Positions 10,265 to 19,949 of a stretch of DNA of 64,000 nt are shown here, one piece after another. The stretch covers positions 288,842-352,841 of the forward strand of contig JAVHLM010000003.1 of the NCBI GenBank assembly GCA_031082125.1, given 5' to 3'. The notes below the pieces were generated by a model. That model did not search any database, had not been told where the DNA came from, and saw only the letters and a program-made list of their open reading frames with translations. The DNA comes from Vulcanimicrobiota bacterium (GTDB lineage: Bacteria; Vulcanimicrobiota; CADAWZ01; Ess09-12). Made by a program: the position numbers and the translations under genes. How positions within the stretch are numbered: the first letter of the stretch is position 1; each line of letters begins with the position of its first letter.

Positions 10265-10702
10265 GTGGATAATATCAAGAACATCATTACACAGGCGGGC
10301 GCTCAAAGCCTCAGGGGGGGCATGAAAGTGGCCAACGACGCGGCCCCTGTTGACACTTTTTCCCCATCGGGGAGCTCCGACAAGAGCTTTCTGGAGAAAA
10401 TGAAGGACAAGCTCAAGGGCATCTTCTCCCATGACGACGATTCCCAGGCACAGCCCCAGAAAGAGCCCGGCGGCTGGTACTGCGCGCCCGGCGGGCAACC
10501 CGAGTGGCACCCCCAGTCCAATCCTCCGCCGCCCCAGAACGCCTATGGGCACTGGGCCATCGATACTGCCTGCGGAGCGGCTGACTGGTACTGGCAAAAA
10601 AACTTCGAGCCCGCCGAGGGGCCCACTTACGGCCCGGCATACAGGCTCCCGGGGAGCGATGCCGCCCCTGCGCCGCCGCCGGCACAAGAGCAGAAGCCCT
10701 GA
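10265..10702 (+). CDS. Hypothetical Pro/Trp-rich protein
   Basis: AAGGAGG RBS region, promoter, and protein-like composition. Confidence 0.7.
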   Translation: MDNIKNIITQAGAQSLRGGMKVANDAAPVDTFSPSGSSDKSFLEKMKDKLKGIFSHDDDSQAQPQKEPGGWYCAPGGQPEWHPQSNPPPPQNAYGHWAIDTACGAADWYWQKNFEPAEGPTYGPAYRLPGSDAAPAPPPAQEQKP

Positions 10703-10706
10703 GGCT

Positions 10707-12122
10707 TCACCTGTAAGCGCCTTGTTCAAGGAACCAGCCAAGCGGCTGGTTTTCTTCGTTCCTGAGCCTGAGATAGAAACCTATGACTTCCTGGACAAGG
10801 GCCCTGATTCTTATGCATTCGACTTCCACGCACGGGAAGGCATCACCGGCTATCACCAGGGAGCGGTGAAAACATGGCCCCCCGCAGAAAAGACGCGCCC
10901 AGCACGCCGAGCACCCGGGACGCTCCCCCACGGGAACCCTGTAAGGCGCGAGCAGCGATGAGGGGAGAGCGCTCCTCACGTTCCCCAGGGCGAAACGCCC
11001 GTCACCAAAAAAATGATGGCAGGCATATATGGTGCCGTCAGGCGATACGGCCAGGCTGTCTCCTCCCGCCCGGCACCGCAGGAATGCCGGTCTTCTGTGA
11101 TGAAGATTCCTGACGAGGTCATAGACGGGGATGACATGGAGATAGATTCCCTGCTGCACTTTTTCGAGGAGCCACTCGAGAAGGCGCCGGTATTTTTCAG
11201 CAAACTGATGTTCAGGCGCCTCGCCGCCACCGCACGGTTCCCTGCCCCCGCCCATAATCCCCTCTCTTGAATAGAGCTCCACAAGGTCAATCACTGTGAA
11301 GCCCATGGCAGAGAGAGTGATGACGCGCTCCAGAGGATCGCTTTCACGGGTATTTATGGTGGTTGCCGCATAGCGCGCCTTCGGAGATATCGTGGAAAAA
11401 AAACCGGGCAGAAATCCCTTGATGGCCTGGAAGCTCCCCCGGCCGCCGGGAAAAACCCTGGAGCAATCGTGCTCCTCGGCAGTCCCATCGACGGTGAGCT
11501 TCAGGTGAATCTGCCTCCTGCGGCAGAACTCCGCCATCTTACCGGTGAGGAGCGTAGCGTTTGTTGTGGCAGAGATAAAGAGCTCCTTCCCTTTTTTTCT
11601 GAGCTTCTCACCCCACTTTGCCGCCTCGTCAAGGATTTCAGGGTGCAGGAGAGGCTCGCCGCCGATGAAGCAGAGCTCAACGTGAGGGAGAGCGGCACTG
11701 GCCTCCTCCAGAGATTCCACGCACCGATGAAAGGTCTTCACCGACATATCATTCTGCGCAAGGCCGGGAGAGTTTGCACTGAACCTGTTATAGCAATAGC
11801 GGCATACCAGGTTACACCTCATGGTGTTGGCAATGATGAGCCTTGCGAGGGGCACATGGCTCGGTATGCCCGGAAAATGAAGCTCCGTCAGCAGCCCCCT
11901 TTTCTCCAGAATAGCCAGGTTCGCAATGGTATCTTCACCGTATCCCTCAGGATAGGCGGAAAAGTCCACGGCCTGGACGTCGCCGCCGCATTGCTGAAGC
12001 TCCCTGAGAAACCTTCCGAAGTGCTCATCATGCTCGATGAGCGCCATGGAATGGGGAAAATAATAAAAGAACCCGCCCCGGGGCGACGGTCCTTCCTTCC
12101 AGGAGAGATTCCCTGTATCCAT
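10707..12122 (-). CDS. Radical SAM/SPASM protein with N-terminal RRE-like domain (peptide maturase-like)
   Basis: CNLVCRYC, GGEPLL. SPASM CRAG...DGTIYAC...CSAC...CGGPC. ~85 aa wHTH-like N-terminus ending LEKRGLL. Confidence 0.85.
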   Translation of the reverse strand: MDTGNLSWKEGPSPRGGFFYYFPHSMALIEHDEHFGRFLRELQQCGGDVQAVDFSAYPEGYGEDTIANLAILEKRGLLTELHFPGIPSHVPLARLIIANTMRCNLVCRYCYNRFSANSPGLAQNDMSVKTFHRCVESLEEASAALPHVELCFIGGEPLLHPEILDEAAKWGEKLRKKGKELFISATTNATLLTGKMAEFCRRRQIHLKLTVDGTAEEHDCSRVFPGGRGSFQAIKGFLPGFFSTISPKARYAATTINTRESDPLERVITLSAMGFTVIDLVELYSREGIMGGGREPCGGGEAPEHQFAEKYRRLLEWLLEKVQQGIYLHVIPVYDLVRNLHHRRPAFLRCRAGGDSLAVSPDGTIYACHHFFGDGRFALGNVRSALPSSLLAPYRVPVGERPGCSACWARLFCGGPCFHRSLVIAGDAFPCVEVECIRIRALVQEVIGFYLRLRNEENQPLGWFLEQGAYR

Positions 12123-12220
12123 GCCTTCTCACTTTGCAGAGGGATGGCGCCGATAAGGCCATGCTTTTCATCATTCTGAGTGTGCTTTTAGAGCAGGCGC
12201 TCCCATTGCACGCCCTCCTT

Positions 12221-13051
12221 CTATATCCTCTCGAGCCAGATGAGGCTCTCCCTGCTCGGCTTTTTCTCCCTGGCCCTGTAGACATCGTCCTGCAATGCCT
12301 CGGCAAGGGTGATGAAACGCCACCCCTCTCCCTTGTACCAGGCGAGAATATCGCGGAGAAAGGCGCCGTTGATGACATTCATATGGATGAGGAGTATATG
12401 GGGTACCTCCCGCCCTGCCTTCTTTTTTGCCAGTGCCTCGGCATAGCGCGTCTTTTCCCTGACGAAGGCCAGGTAACGCGCCCCGACCTCTGATGCGCCC
12501 TTCTCGTCACCGGCCTTGAGCTTTTCATGATACTCGGCATCGAATTCCCAGTCCCTGGGAAAAATGGTGGCCGGTGCAATGACAAGGCCCCGGTCCCTGA
12601 GAAATTCATAGACCTGATCCCTTTTTTCAGCAGTGTCCCCGCGGTGGAGGTAAGGATAGCGGAAGAAATGTGCTCCCGATTCCCACGGGGCAATGAGAGC
12701 TTCACAGAGCTGGATATCTTTTCCGTACTCTCCGGCGCTCACCTCGTTGAGATCAAGGTGGTTGAAGGTATGGTTGCCGATGGTGTTCCCTCGCTCGATA
12801 AACTCCCCGAGCAGCGAGCGCTGGTAGTCTTTCCTTACCCTTCTCCCGGTGACGAAGCCTGTGACTTTGGCCTGAAAAGCATCAAGAGCATCCATGATCT
12901 TCCGGGAATAAGCCTCATCTTTGGCCTGATCATACCTTCCCTCATAGACCAGGGGAAGATCGTCGATGGTCACCGCAAGATCCTTTGCCCAGAGGCCCCC
13001 TGATGACAACAGAAAGAGCAAAAGCGCCATGATGACAAGAAAATACCGCAT
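12221..13051 (-). CDS. Polysaccharide deacetylase family protein, secreted
   Basis: TIDDLP, GNHTFNH, FRYPY, ILLIH motifs and a signal peptide. Confidence 0.9.
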   Translation of the reverse strand: MRYFLVIMALLLFLLSSGGLWAKDLAVTIDDLPLVYEGRYDQAKDEAYSRKIMDALDAFQAKVTGFVTGRRVRKDYQRSLLGEFIERGNTIGNHTFNHLDLNEVSAGEYGKDIQLCEALIAPWESGAHFFRYPYLHRGDTAEKRDQVYEFLRDRGLVIAPATIFPRDWEFDAEYHEKLKAGDEKGASEVGARYLAFVREKTRYAEALAKKKAGREVPHILLIHMNVINGAFLRDILAWYKGEGWRFITLAEALQDDVYRAREKKPSRESLIWLERI

Positions 13052-13123
13052 TCCCTCACCTGCCTGCCTGTAACACTTGAGGAGTACTTTGCCAGTCCGG
13101 CGGGAACTCCTCTCTCCGCCAGA

Positions 13124-14314
13124 CTATATCAGCATATCGAACCGGTTGCTCCAGAAGACCATCAGGAAGCCCTGCAGCAAGGCAAGGCTCACCGTGAAAA
13201 GCGTATCTGTCTCGGGATCCCTGGAGAGCTTCGCAAAAAGCAGCGCAAGAGGAAATATCACCAGCATGTAGCGGAGCATGCTCAGAACCAGCACAAAACC
13301 GCCCGAGAGGGGTGCAAAAACGGCGATCATGGTGAGGAGCCAGTATGAAAAACCAATTTTTCTCCAGAAGATCGACACGAGCCCCACGACAGCCAGTACC
13401 ATCATCACATTGAGCTCATATCTGGAATCACCACAAAAGCAGGCCTTGATGATGAGGAGGGGATTCATGAAACGGTTGCCCCATCCTGCCTCCTTGATAT
13501 GAAAGTAAGCGAGGGCATCACCGGTGAGCCAGTAACAGTATGCCATGAACACGAAAAGGCCGAGGGGGAACAGGAGCAGAAAGAGCACATCCGCTCTCAC
13601 CTTCCTGAGGCTGAAGCCTTTACGCTGCAGGTACTCGTAAAGCAGGGGGGCTGCAAAGAAGATCCCGACAGGGCGCGTAAGGGAGAGAAAAAAGCCGGAA
13701 ATCCCGGCATAAAGCCATTTTTCTTTTCTGGAGAAGTAAAAGCACAGGACAAGGAGTAGAAGGAAGAGAGATTCGCTGAAGACTGCCGAGAAAATGAAGG
13801 CGGCGGGAAAGAGAAAGAGATATTTCACCGTACGCTTCGCAGTGTCCTCGTCAGCGTCAAGGCGCACCAACCGGTAGAGCACAAGGCAGGCGAGGATGAA
13901 GCAGAGATTGGAGACCACGAGCCCTGCGATAAAATAATCCTTGATAAAAAAGGCGGCGCACTTAATCAATAAAGGGTAAAGGGGGAAGAATCCGTAAGTG
14001 GCCTGGTTGAATGACTCAAGCGCCTGGCTCACTTCCGGTGAATAGCCGTACCGTGCTATCTTCACGTACCATGCGGTATCCCATGCTCCCCATGTATTGA
14101 GCCACGGATTGTCTATGTAAATCCATCCCCTGGTGAACAAAGGCCCTATGCAGTCCACTGACGCGCGCCCCACGATGGTGAGGATGACTCTGGTGAAAAG
14201 GAAAAGCAGCATGATAAAAGAAAGCTCCGGTGTCCAGAAGGAGACAAGGGCTTGCTTTGCGCTGCGGAAAAAGGCCTGAAGTGCTTTCATCACGCTCTCT
14301 GCTTCCCGGGCCAT
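13124..14314 (-). CDS. Membrane mannosyltransferase (PIG-V/GT76-like)
   Basis: WDTAWY..IA..GY, FFPLYP, SESLF, RPVG motifs; multi-TM. Confidence 0.85.
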   Translation of the reverse strand: MAREAESVMKALQAFFRSAKQALVSFWTPELSFIMLLFLFTRVILTIVGRASVDCIGPLFTRGWIYIDNPWLNTWGAWDTAWYVKIARYGYSPEVSQALESFNQATYGFFPLYPLLIKCAAFFIKDYFIAGLVVSNLCFILACLVLYRLVRLDADEDTAKRTVKYLFLFPAAFIFSAVFSESLFLLLLVLCFYFSRKEKWLYAGISGFFLSLTRPVGIFFAAPLLYEYLQRKGFSLRKVRADVLFLLLFPLGLFVFMAYCYWLTGDALAYFHIKEAGWGNRFMNPLLIIKACFCGDSRYELNVMMVLAVVGLVSIFWRKIGFSYWLLTMIAVFAPLSGGFVLVLSMLRYMLVIFPLALLFAKLSRDPETDTLFTVSLALLQGFLMVFWSNRFDMLI

Positions 14315-14415
14315 CCTTTTCGGTGAAAAGGGGAACCTTATTAAGTATATGGCAAGACCGCCCCCTTTCCCTTCTGAAAAGCACCGCGGGAGGTTCTTTA
14401 CTCCGCAGCGGAGAA

Positions 14416-15231
14416 ATGAAGGGGCAGATCCTTATGATAAAAGTAATCGGCATCCCTTACGACGGGAACTCATCGTTCATGAAGGGGGCGGCGCAGGCAC
14501 CGCGGCTCATTCGGTCAATGGAAGCCTGCGGGTCGGCAAACACCTTCGCGGAGAGCGGCCAGGACATTGCCTCAGGAAAAGAGTTTGAGGACCTGGGAGA
14601 CATCCCGCTGCCCGGGGAAAGCGCCGCGGAAATCTTTCAGGCAATCAGGCAGACCATGGCGGGCCACTTTGCACAGGGGCATAAAATAGTATGCCTGGGC
14701 GGAGATCACTCCATCACCTATCCCGTTATCGACGCCCTTACGGAACACTGTAAAGGCCTGAACATACTCCACCTTGACGCCCACCCTGATCTCTACGACC
14801 ATTACGAAGACAATCCTTACTCCCATGCCTCGCCTTTCGCAAGGATAATGGAAAAGGGAAGGGTGAAATCCCTTACTTCCGCGGGGATCAGGACTTTTAC
14901 GGCGCACCTGAGGGAGCAGGCGGCAAAATTCGGGGTCCTCTCCATAGAGATGAAAGACTTCCACCCCGGTTTCGTGAAAAGCCTTGAGGGACCTCTCTAC
15001 CTCTCGCTGGACCTGGATGTCCTCGATCCCGCCTTCGCCCCGGGAGTCTCCCACCACGAGCCCGGTGGCCTCGCCACGAGGGAGCTCATAGGCATAATCC
15101 AGGCTCTGGAGGTTCCCCTTGTCGGCGCTGACATCGTGGAATTGAACCCTTCCCGCGATGTGAACCACGTGACGGCAATGACAGCCTACAAGCTGTTCAA
15201 GGAAATCGCGGCAAAAATGCTCCCCTGCTGA
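14416..15231 (+). CDS. speB: Agmatinase / ureohydrolase
   Basis: GGDHS, DAHPD, SHAS, DLDVLDP, PGG, DIVELNP motifs. Start 14416 or 14434. Confidence 0.85.
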   Translation: MKGQILMIKVIGIPYDGNSSFMKGAAQAPRLIRSMEACGSANTFAESGQDIASGKEFEDLGDIPLPGESAAEIFQAIRQTMAGHFAQGHKIVCLGGDHSITYPVIDALTEHCKGLNILHLDAHPDLYDHYEDNPYSHASPFARIMEKGRVKSLTSAGIRTFTAHLREQAAKFGVLSIEMKDFHPGFVKSLEGPLYLSLDLDVLDPAFAPGVSHHEPGGLATRELIGIIQALEVPLVGADIVELNPSRDVNHVTAMTAYKLFKEIAAKMLPC

Positions 15232-15238
15232 CCCGTGA

Positions 15239-15433
15239 AGACCCCTGCGTCACCACGATGAAAGGCGCCTATCTCTTCTGCGACAGAAACCAGAAGAAGC
15301 GCTGGAAGACATCGTGCTTGAAGCGGAAGAGGGGAAAGAGGGACCGGCAGCGAAGGTGGAAGTCTCAGACGACTGGGTGATCATCGACAGCATGAAACTG
15401 CAAAGAAAAGAAGAGAAGCCTGCCGGCACTTAA
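15239..15433 (+). pseudogene. Orphan C-terminal fragment of a PQQ-propeller-type gene
   Basis: A frame with no convincing start reads ...PEEALEDIVLEAEEGKEGPAAKVEVSDDWVIIDSMKLQRKEEKPAGT*, matching the C-terminal tails of 7288 and 10082. Confidence 0.55.
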
Positions 15434-15465
15434 AGAGGCTCCTCCCGGAACCATAAGGAATTCCA

Positions 15466-16752
15466 GTGATGATGAACACGCCTCGCACCTTTTTTCCCTT
15501 GCTCCTGCTGGCGGCAGTGACACTCCTTCTTCTGCCCTGCCCTGCCCGGGCAGAGGTGAACTCATCGCAGCCCTTCAAGGATGAGCTGATGGCTCATGGG
15601 CTTTATGACAGGATGGTAAGGGCATTCAGAACTGCCGGTTCTCTCTCTTACACCGTCGCTTTTCGCTGGGAAAGTGATGGCAGGGAGCTTTCCCGCGCCC
15701 GCTACAAGCTATGGATGAAAAAGCCCAATTTTGCCCGCATCGAGGGATATGATGCGGACGGCGCCCTGAAGAGCACCCTCGTGGGCGACGGAAAGTTCTT
15801 CTGGATTTTCTGGCCCGGGAAAAGACCCTGCTGGAGCTATGAAGATGAAGAGGCTTACCGTGCGACTTCCGAAAAAAGATACATGAAGACGCCTGCCCCC
15901 CAGGGGTGCCATTCACTTGGCCACTCCGTGGGGAAAATGGACTTCGGAATCCCCATCACCATATTGGATCCCAGCATCTTCCACGGGAGCAACGATTCCC
16001 TCCAGGCTCACATTGACGCCATGAGGCTCTGCGGCGAAGAGAAGGTACAGGGTGAAAAGTGCGCCCTCATCGAGGTGAGCTATCTTAAGGGCCAGAGGAG
16101 GCAGTTCTACTGGATTGCAAAAAGCACGTCGCTGCCGCTGAAAATCAAGCAGGTCATCTCTGTGAATAAAATCGTCACGATGAGCGAGGAGCTTTCAGAG
16201 ATGAAGCTGAACGGCGAGATTCCCGGGGTGTCCTTCTCCTGGTCGCCTCCTGCAGGGTGGGAGGAATGGCAGGAGCCCTCTGTGGAAACGGGTCTCCTTA
16301 AAAAAGGAACTGCGGCGCCTGATTTCTCCTTCCCCCTCCTCACGGGCGGCACCTTCACCCTTTCCGAGCAGAAAGGGAAAACGGTATGGCTCATCTTCTG
16401 GCGCTATGGCTGACCGGAGTGCGCAGAAAAATTACCCCGCTTGGAAGCGGTGTACCAGAAATTCAAAGAAAAAGGCCTCCTCATAATAGGCTTCAATGTC
16501 ACAGACGACAGGGAGATAGTCCTTAAAGCCCTGGCGGCGGCCAAGGTCACCTTCCCGAACATCCTTGACTTATCTGAAGCCGCCCACAAGGTGAATTTCG
16601 AGATCTACCAGAAACATGGCCGCGCCGCCGTCCCGCTGAGTTACCTCATTGACAGCCAGGGCATTATCATCGACGCGTGGTATGGCTTCAGTGAAGGCTT
16701 CCCCGAGGTGATGAAGGCAATGGATACTGAGCCTGACAAACCGATAAGATGA
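15466..16752 (+). CDS. Selenoprotein: signal peptide + LolA/DUF2092-like domain + TlpA/AhpC-TSA redoxin with UxxC (TGA 16411-16413 = Sec)
   Basis: ORFs 15466-16413 and 16441-16752 are in the same frame. Readthrough gives APDFSFP...IFWRYG-U-PEC-AEKLPRLEAVYQKFKEKGLLIIGFN, a complete thioredoxin-fold domain. Confidence 0.85.
16433..16454 (+). promoter_or_regulatory. Bacterial SECIS-like hairpin
   Basis: TAC-C-CCGCT-TGGA-AGCGG-T-GTA stem-loop. The loop starts 28 nt after the UGA and has G at its second position. Confidence 0.6.
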
Positions 16753-16772
16753 CAGAAAAGAAGGGATAGGCC

Positions 16773-17327
16773 ATGCTCGAAGATACTGATGGAACAAGCT
16801 TCCCTCCCCATTCCCGCCTGGTGGTCGTGGAGTTCACCGGGAGCGGCTCCCTCCAGGTGGAGCGGGAAAACCATGCATCGGAAGAAGTGCCGGTCTCCGA
16901 TGTCCTCTCTCTTCATGGCGCCAGGATCCGCCGAGAATCAATGCGTTTCAGCCCGCAGAAAAAAGGCGGCACCATGATCGGGAAAATGACGCTGCTTGCC
17001 ATGGGAGTGCCGGTCAATCCCCTCCCCGGCAAGCCCAGGGACACGACGACAAAATCCGAAGATATGCACTATGTGCTGGGGATGAGGGTAAGGAAAAGAG
17101 AGGATCTCTGGTTCCTCATGGCCACCTCCTTTAATTTCCGCAAGGCCCTCGGCGCAGACGCCGCTTTCTCCCTGGAGATGAACGTGCGGGCCTTCATCCA
17201 GAAGCTCGGCGACTTCTGCCCCGGTGCGCGGCGAGATCGCTTCTTTGAGGCGGCCCTCGCAAAAGCGGCGCTCCCGGAGCCCATTGACAGCCTCCTGGAA
17301 TTTATAAAGGCTACCTATGGCTCCTGA
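16773..17327 (+). CDS. Hypothetical protein
   Basis: ORF follows the redoxin gene in the same direction; no family recognised. Confidence 0.6.
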   Translation: MLEDTDGTSFPPHSRLVVVEFTGSGSLQVERENHASEEVPVSDVLSLHGARIRRESMRFSPQKKGGTMIGKMTLLAMGVPVNPLPGKPRDTTTKSEDMHYVLGMRVRKREDLWFLMATSFNFRKALGADAAFSLEMNVRAFIQKLGDFCPGARRDRFFEAALAKAALPEPIDSLLEFIKATYGS

Positions 17328-17397
17328 GCATTGCCATTGACCGGGATCATTAAAAGGAGGCAGGCATATGAAGGGGGCGATGGACAAGGGGCAGAGC

Positions 17398-19032
17398 ATG
17401 AAACAATTGAAGCAGCCTGTCTCCCCTCGGGGCGGGCTATGGGTGTTCCTTCTTCTGTCAGGTGTTTTTTTCTTCTGCGCTCATGAAACCGGAGCTCTGG
17501 AAGATCTTTCCCGCCGGGAAGTGAGAGAGACCATCATTGGCCGTCTTTACCCCACTGTCTGTGATTACCTGGCGATAAGCCCCAACCTGAGGCATTTTGC
17601 CTATGGCAGGAAACATAATGATACCCTTAAGGAATCACTGGTGTATGACGGGAAAGTGCTGGGGACCTATGACAGCATCACAAGCGAATGGCTCGTGTTC
17701 AGCCCCGACAGCAGAAGGCTTGCCTATGTGGCTGATTCATGCACCGTAGTCGATGGAAAGAAAAGTAAGCCCTATGGCAGGTACGATCCCTCCGCAATGA
17801 GATTCAGCCCCGACAGCAGAAGGTTTGCCTACGCGGTGGTGCATGCATGGAATATCTGGCGTGCCGTCATTGACGGGAAAGAGAGCCGGACCTATACCCG
17901 TGTTTCAGATTTCTGCTTCAGCCCCGACAGCAGGCGCCTCGCTTTTCAGGGTGGCCGCGCGGGGAAAGAATTCATCGTGCTTGATGGCCGGGACCTCAGG
18001 CGGTACCCCGGATCGAAGTGGCCCCGCTTCAGCCCCGACAGCAGGCGGTTCGCCTGCGTGGCGACGGACGGTGGAAAAGAATTCGTGGTCGTTGACGGCA
18101 GGGAGGGAAAACGTTACCATTCCATTGCCTTTGACATGGTCTTCAGCCCCGACAGCAGAACTTTCGCCTATGTGGCTTCCCGGGGGGAGAGTCGATGCGC
18201 AGTGAGAGGGGATAAAGAACTGAAGTGGTACGATTCAGTGGGTGAACTCTGCTTCAGTGCCGATAGCAAGAGATTTGCCTATATCGCATCAAAAGGGAAT
18301 AAGCACCGTGCCGTCATCGATGGGAAAGAAGGCAGGGAATATGACAGGATCCTTACCGGCTACGGTGGCGGAATAAGATTCAGCCCCTGCTCGAAAAGAA
18401 CGGCTTATGTTGTCGAAACAGACAGCCCGCCTTCAAAAAAACAGTTTGCAGTCATTGACGGGAATGAAGCGGGGAGCTATGATTCAGTGTCCATGCCGAT
18501 CTTCAGCGCCGATGGGAAGAGAGCCGCTTACATCGCAAAGGAAAAGGGAAAAATGTTTATCGTTGACAATGGGATAGAGATGAAGCGCTACGATAAGGTC
18601 GAATCGCTGGTCCTGAGCCCTGATGCCTCCACGTTGATATATGTGGCCTCCCTTGGGGGAAAGCAGTTCCTCGTCGTGGAGAAGGAGGAAAGCAGGGCTT
18701 ACGATTCCGTCTCCTGTCCCTCTTTCAGCCCCGGTGGCCTGATGAGAACCTGTATAGCATCGCGGGAGGGAAAGCAGTTTTTCGTCGTGAATGGAGATGA
18801 AGGAAAGCCTTATGGAAGAATCATCAATTTCCAGTTTGACTCCCCGACGAGCCTCCATTACCTGGTCGAGGAGGAAAGCCCCCCTGACGCCGGGTACGAG
18901 AGCACCTATATCATTGTGGAGGAAAAACTCCCTCTCCCGGGAGCCATCCACCCCTATTCTTCGGTGACCCGTGAAAAATCACCCCTGTCCTGCAGGAGGC
19001 TCACAGAATGGAGCTGCCTGTTGCTGCCGTGA
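17398..19032 (+). CDS. TolB/WD40-like beta-propeller repeat protein, exported
   Basis: About a dozen repeats of FSPDSRRxAY...xVxDGKE and an N-terminal hydrophobic segment. Start 17368 or 17398. Confidence 0.8.
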   Translation: MKQLKQPVSPRGGLWVFLLLSGVFFFCAHETGALEDLSRREVRETIIGRLYPTVCDYLAISPNLRHFAYGRKHNDTLKESLVYDGKVLGTYDSITSEWLVFSPDSRRLAYVADSCTVVDGKKSKPYGRYDPSAMRFSPDSRRFAYAVVHAWNIWRAVIDGKESRTYTRVSDFCFSPDSRRLAFQGGRAGKEFIVLDGRDLRRYPGSKWPRFSPDSRRFACVATDGGKEFVVVDGREGKRYHSIAFDMVFSPDSRTFAYVASRGESRCAVRGDKELKWYDSVGELCFSADSKRFAYIASKGNKHRAVIDGKEGREYDRILTGYGGGIRFSPCSKRTAYVVETDSPPSKKQFAVIDGNEAGSYDSVSMPIFSADGKRAAYIAKEKGKMFIVDNGIEMKRYDKVESLVLSPDASTLIYVASLGGKQFLVVEKEESRAYDSVSCPSFSPGGLMRTCIASREGKQFFVVNGDEGKPYGRIINFQFDSPTSLHYLVEEESPPDAGYESTYIIVEEKLPLPGAIHPYSSVTREKSPLSCRRLTEWSCLLLP

Positions 19033-19401
19033 TGGCGGGAGGCTTCCAGCTCGGAAGGTACTTTGGAAGAAAGATTTAAAGGTGCTTTCCCCCGCACCGT
19101 GATGCCAGGAAATTGCTTACCGCCTCGCACCTCATATATTTTCATCCCCGATAATACCGCCCTCAGGAGCCATGAAAGCGGGGCCGCCCCGAAAGTGGCG
19201 GCAGTTTTATGAACCGAACCATCTATGGCTGTTTGCTCCTGCAGGTGAAAAGCGCTCATGTCCTGAATATTAATGGGGATGTGCAGAAATAGCGGGAGAG
19301 GCCATTTTTCCCTCCCGGAGGCTTTCTTTTCGAGAGTAACCACCCCTTTTGTGCAGTGCATAAGAACTTCATTTCAGGATAAAGATGAGCGCCTGTGCTC
19401 T

Positions 19402-19725
19402 TCACACTGGCTTGTTTTGCTGATGGCCAATTCGTACAGGGAGTGCGGCCCGCACATCCCTTCCTATCCCTACTGCACCCGCGCATTCCTGCCCAGCCGC
19501 TATCGCGCCCGCAGCCTTGAGGGCTCCCACCGCAATTGCACCCGCTGCAAATAGCCCGAAGGATATCATGCCTGCCGCACACAGGCCCACCGCGACCTTT
19601 CCTGTAGCCAGCACACCCACTGCGAAATCACCAGTCGCAATAATACCCACTCTGAGGCCATCTCCGCTGTTGATCACTGGGATGCCCTTTATACAGAGCT
19701 TATATTCCTTCTCGTTTTCACTCAT
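19402..19725 (-). CDS. Small Gly/Ala-rich hypothetical membrane protein
   Basis: GGAGG RBS before ATG 19725; repeated (A)VG(I/V/L)xAxG units. Confidence 0.65.
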   Translation of the reverse strand: MSENEKEYKLCIKGIPVINSGDGLRVGIIATGDFAVGVLATGKVAVGLCAAGMISFGLFAAGAIAVGALKAAGAIAAGQECAGAVGIGRDVRAALPVRIGHQQNKPV

Positions 19726-19777
19726 AACAAGCCTCCAATAGAAAGAACAAGAATTGAGACACCGGCTTTCGCAGAAA

Positions 19778-19806
19778 ATTATATAATAAATTCCTGGAAA
19801 AGTCCA
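19778..19806 (-). promoter_or_regulatory. Putative sigma70 promoter
   Basis: TGGACT-N17-TATAAT. Confidence 0.55.
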
Positions 19807-19949
19807 AAAGTGGGCAAAAGAAGGTCCTGGGGCAGTCTGACCGGGTTGCTCAGCCATCACCAATCAGGCACAGCAATGAACTCCGTTTGTAAACCCGCAG
19901 GCAGAGTCAATGCAGGTGACAGGGCAGGTGAGCCGGCATTCTGGTGCGC

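Noticed and set aside
17698-18158. Five copies of ttcagccccgacagcag spaced 105-114 nt apart, superficially CRISPR-like
   Set aside because: They encode the FSPDS motif of propeller blades, spacings are multiples of 3, and there are no cas genes.
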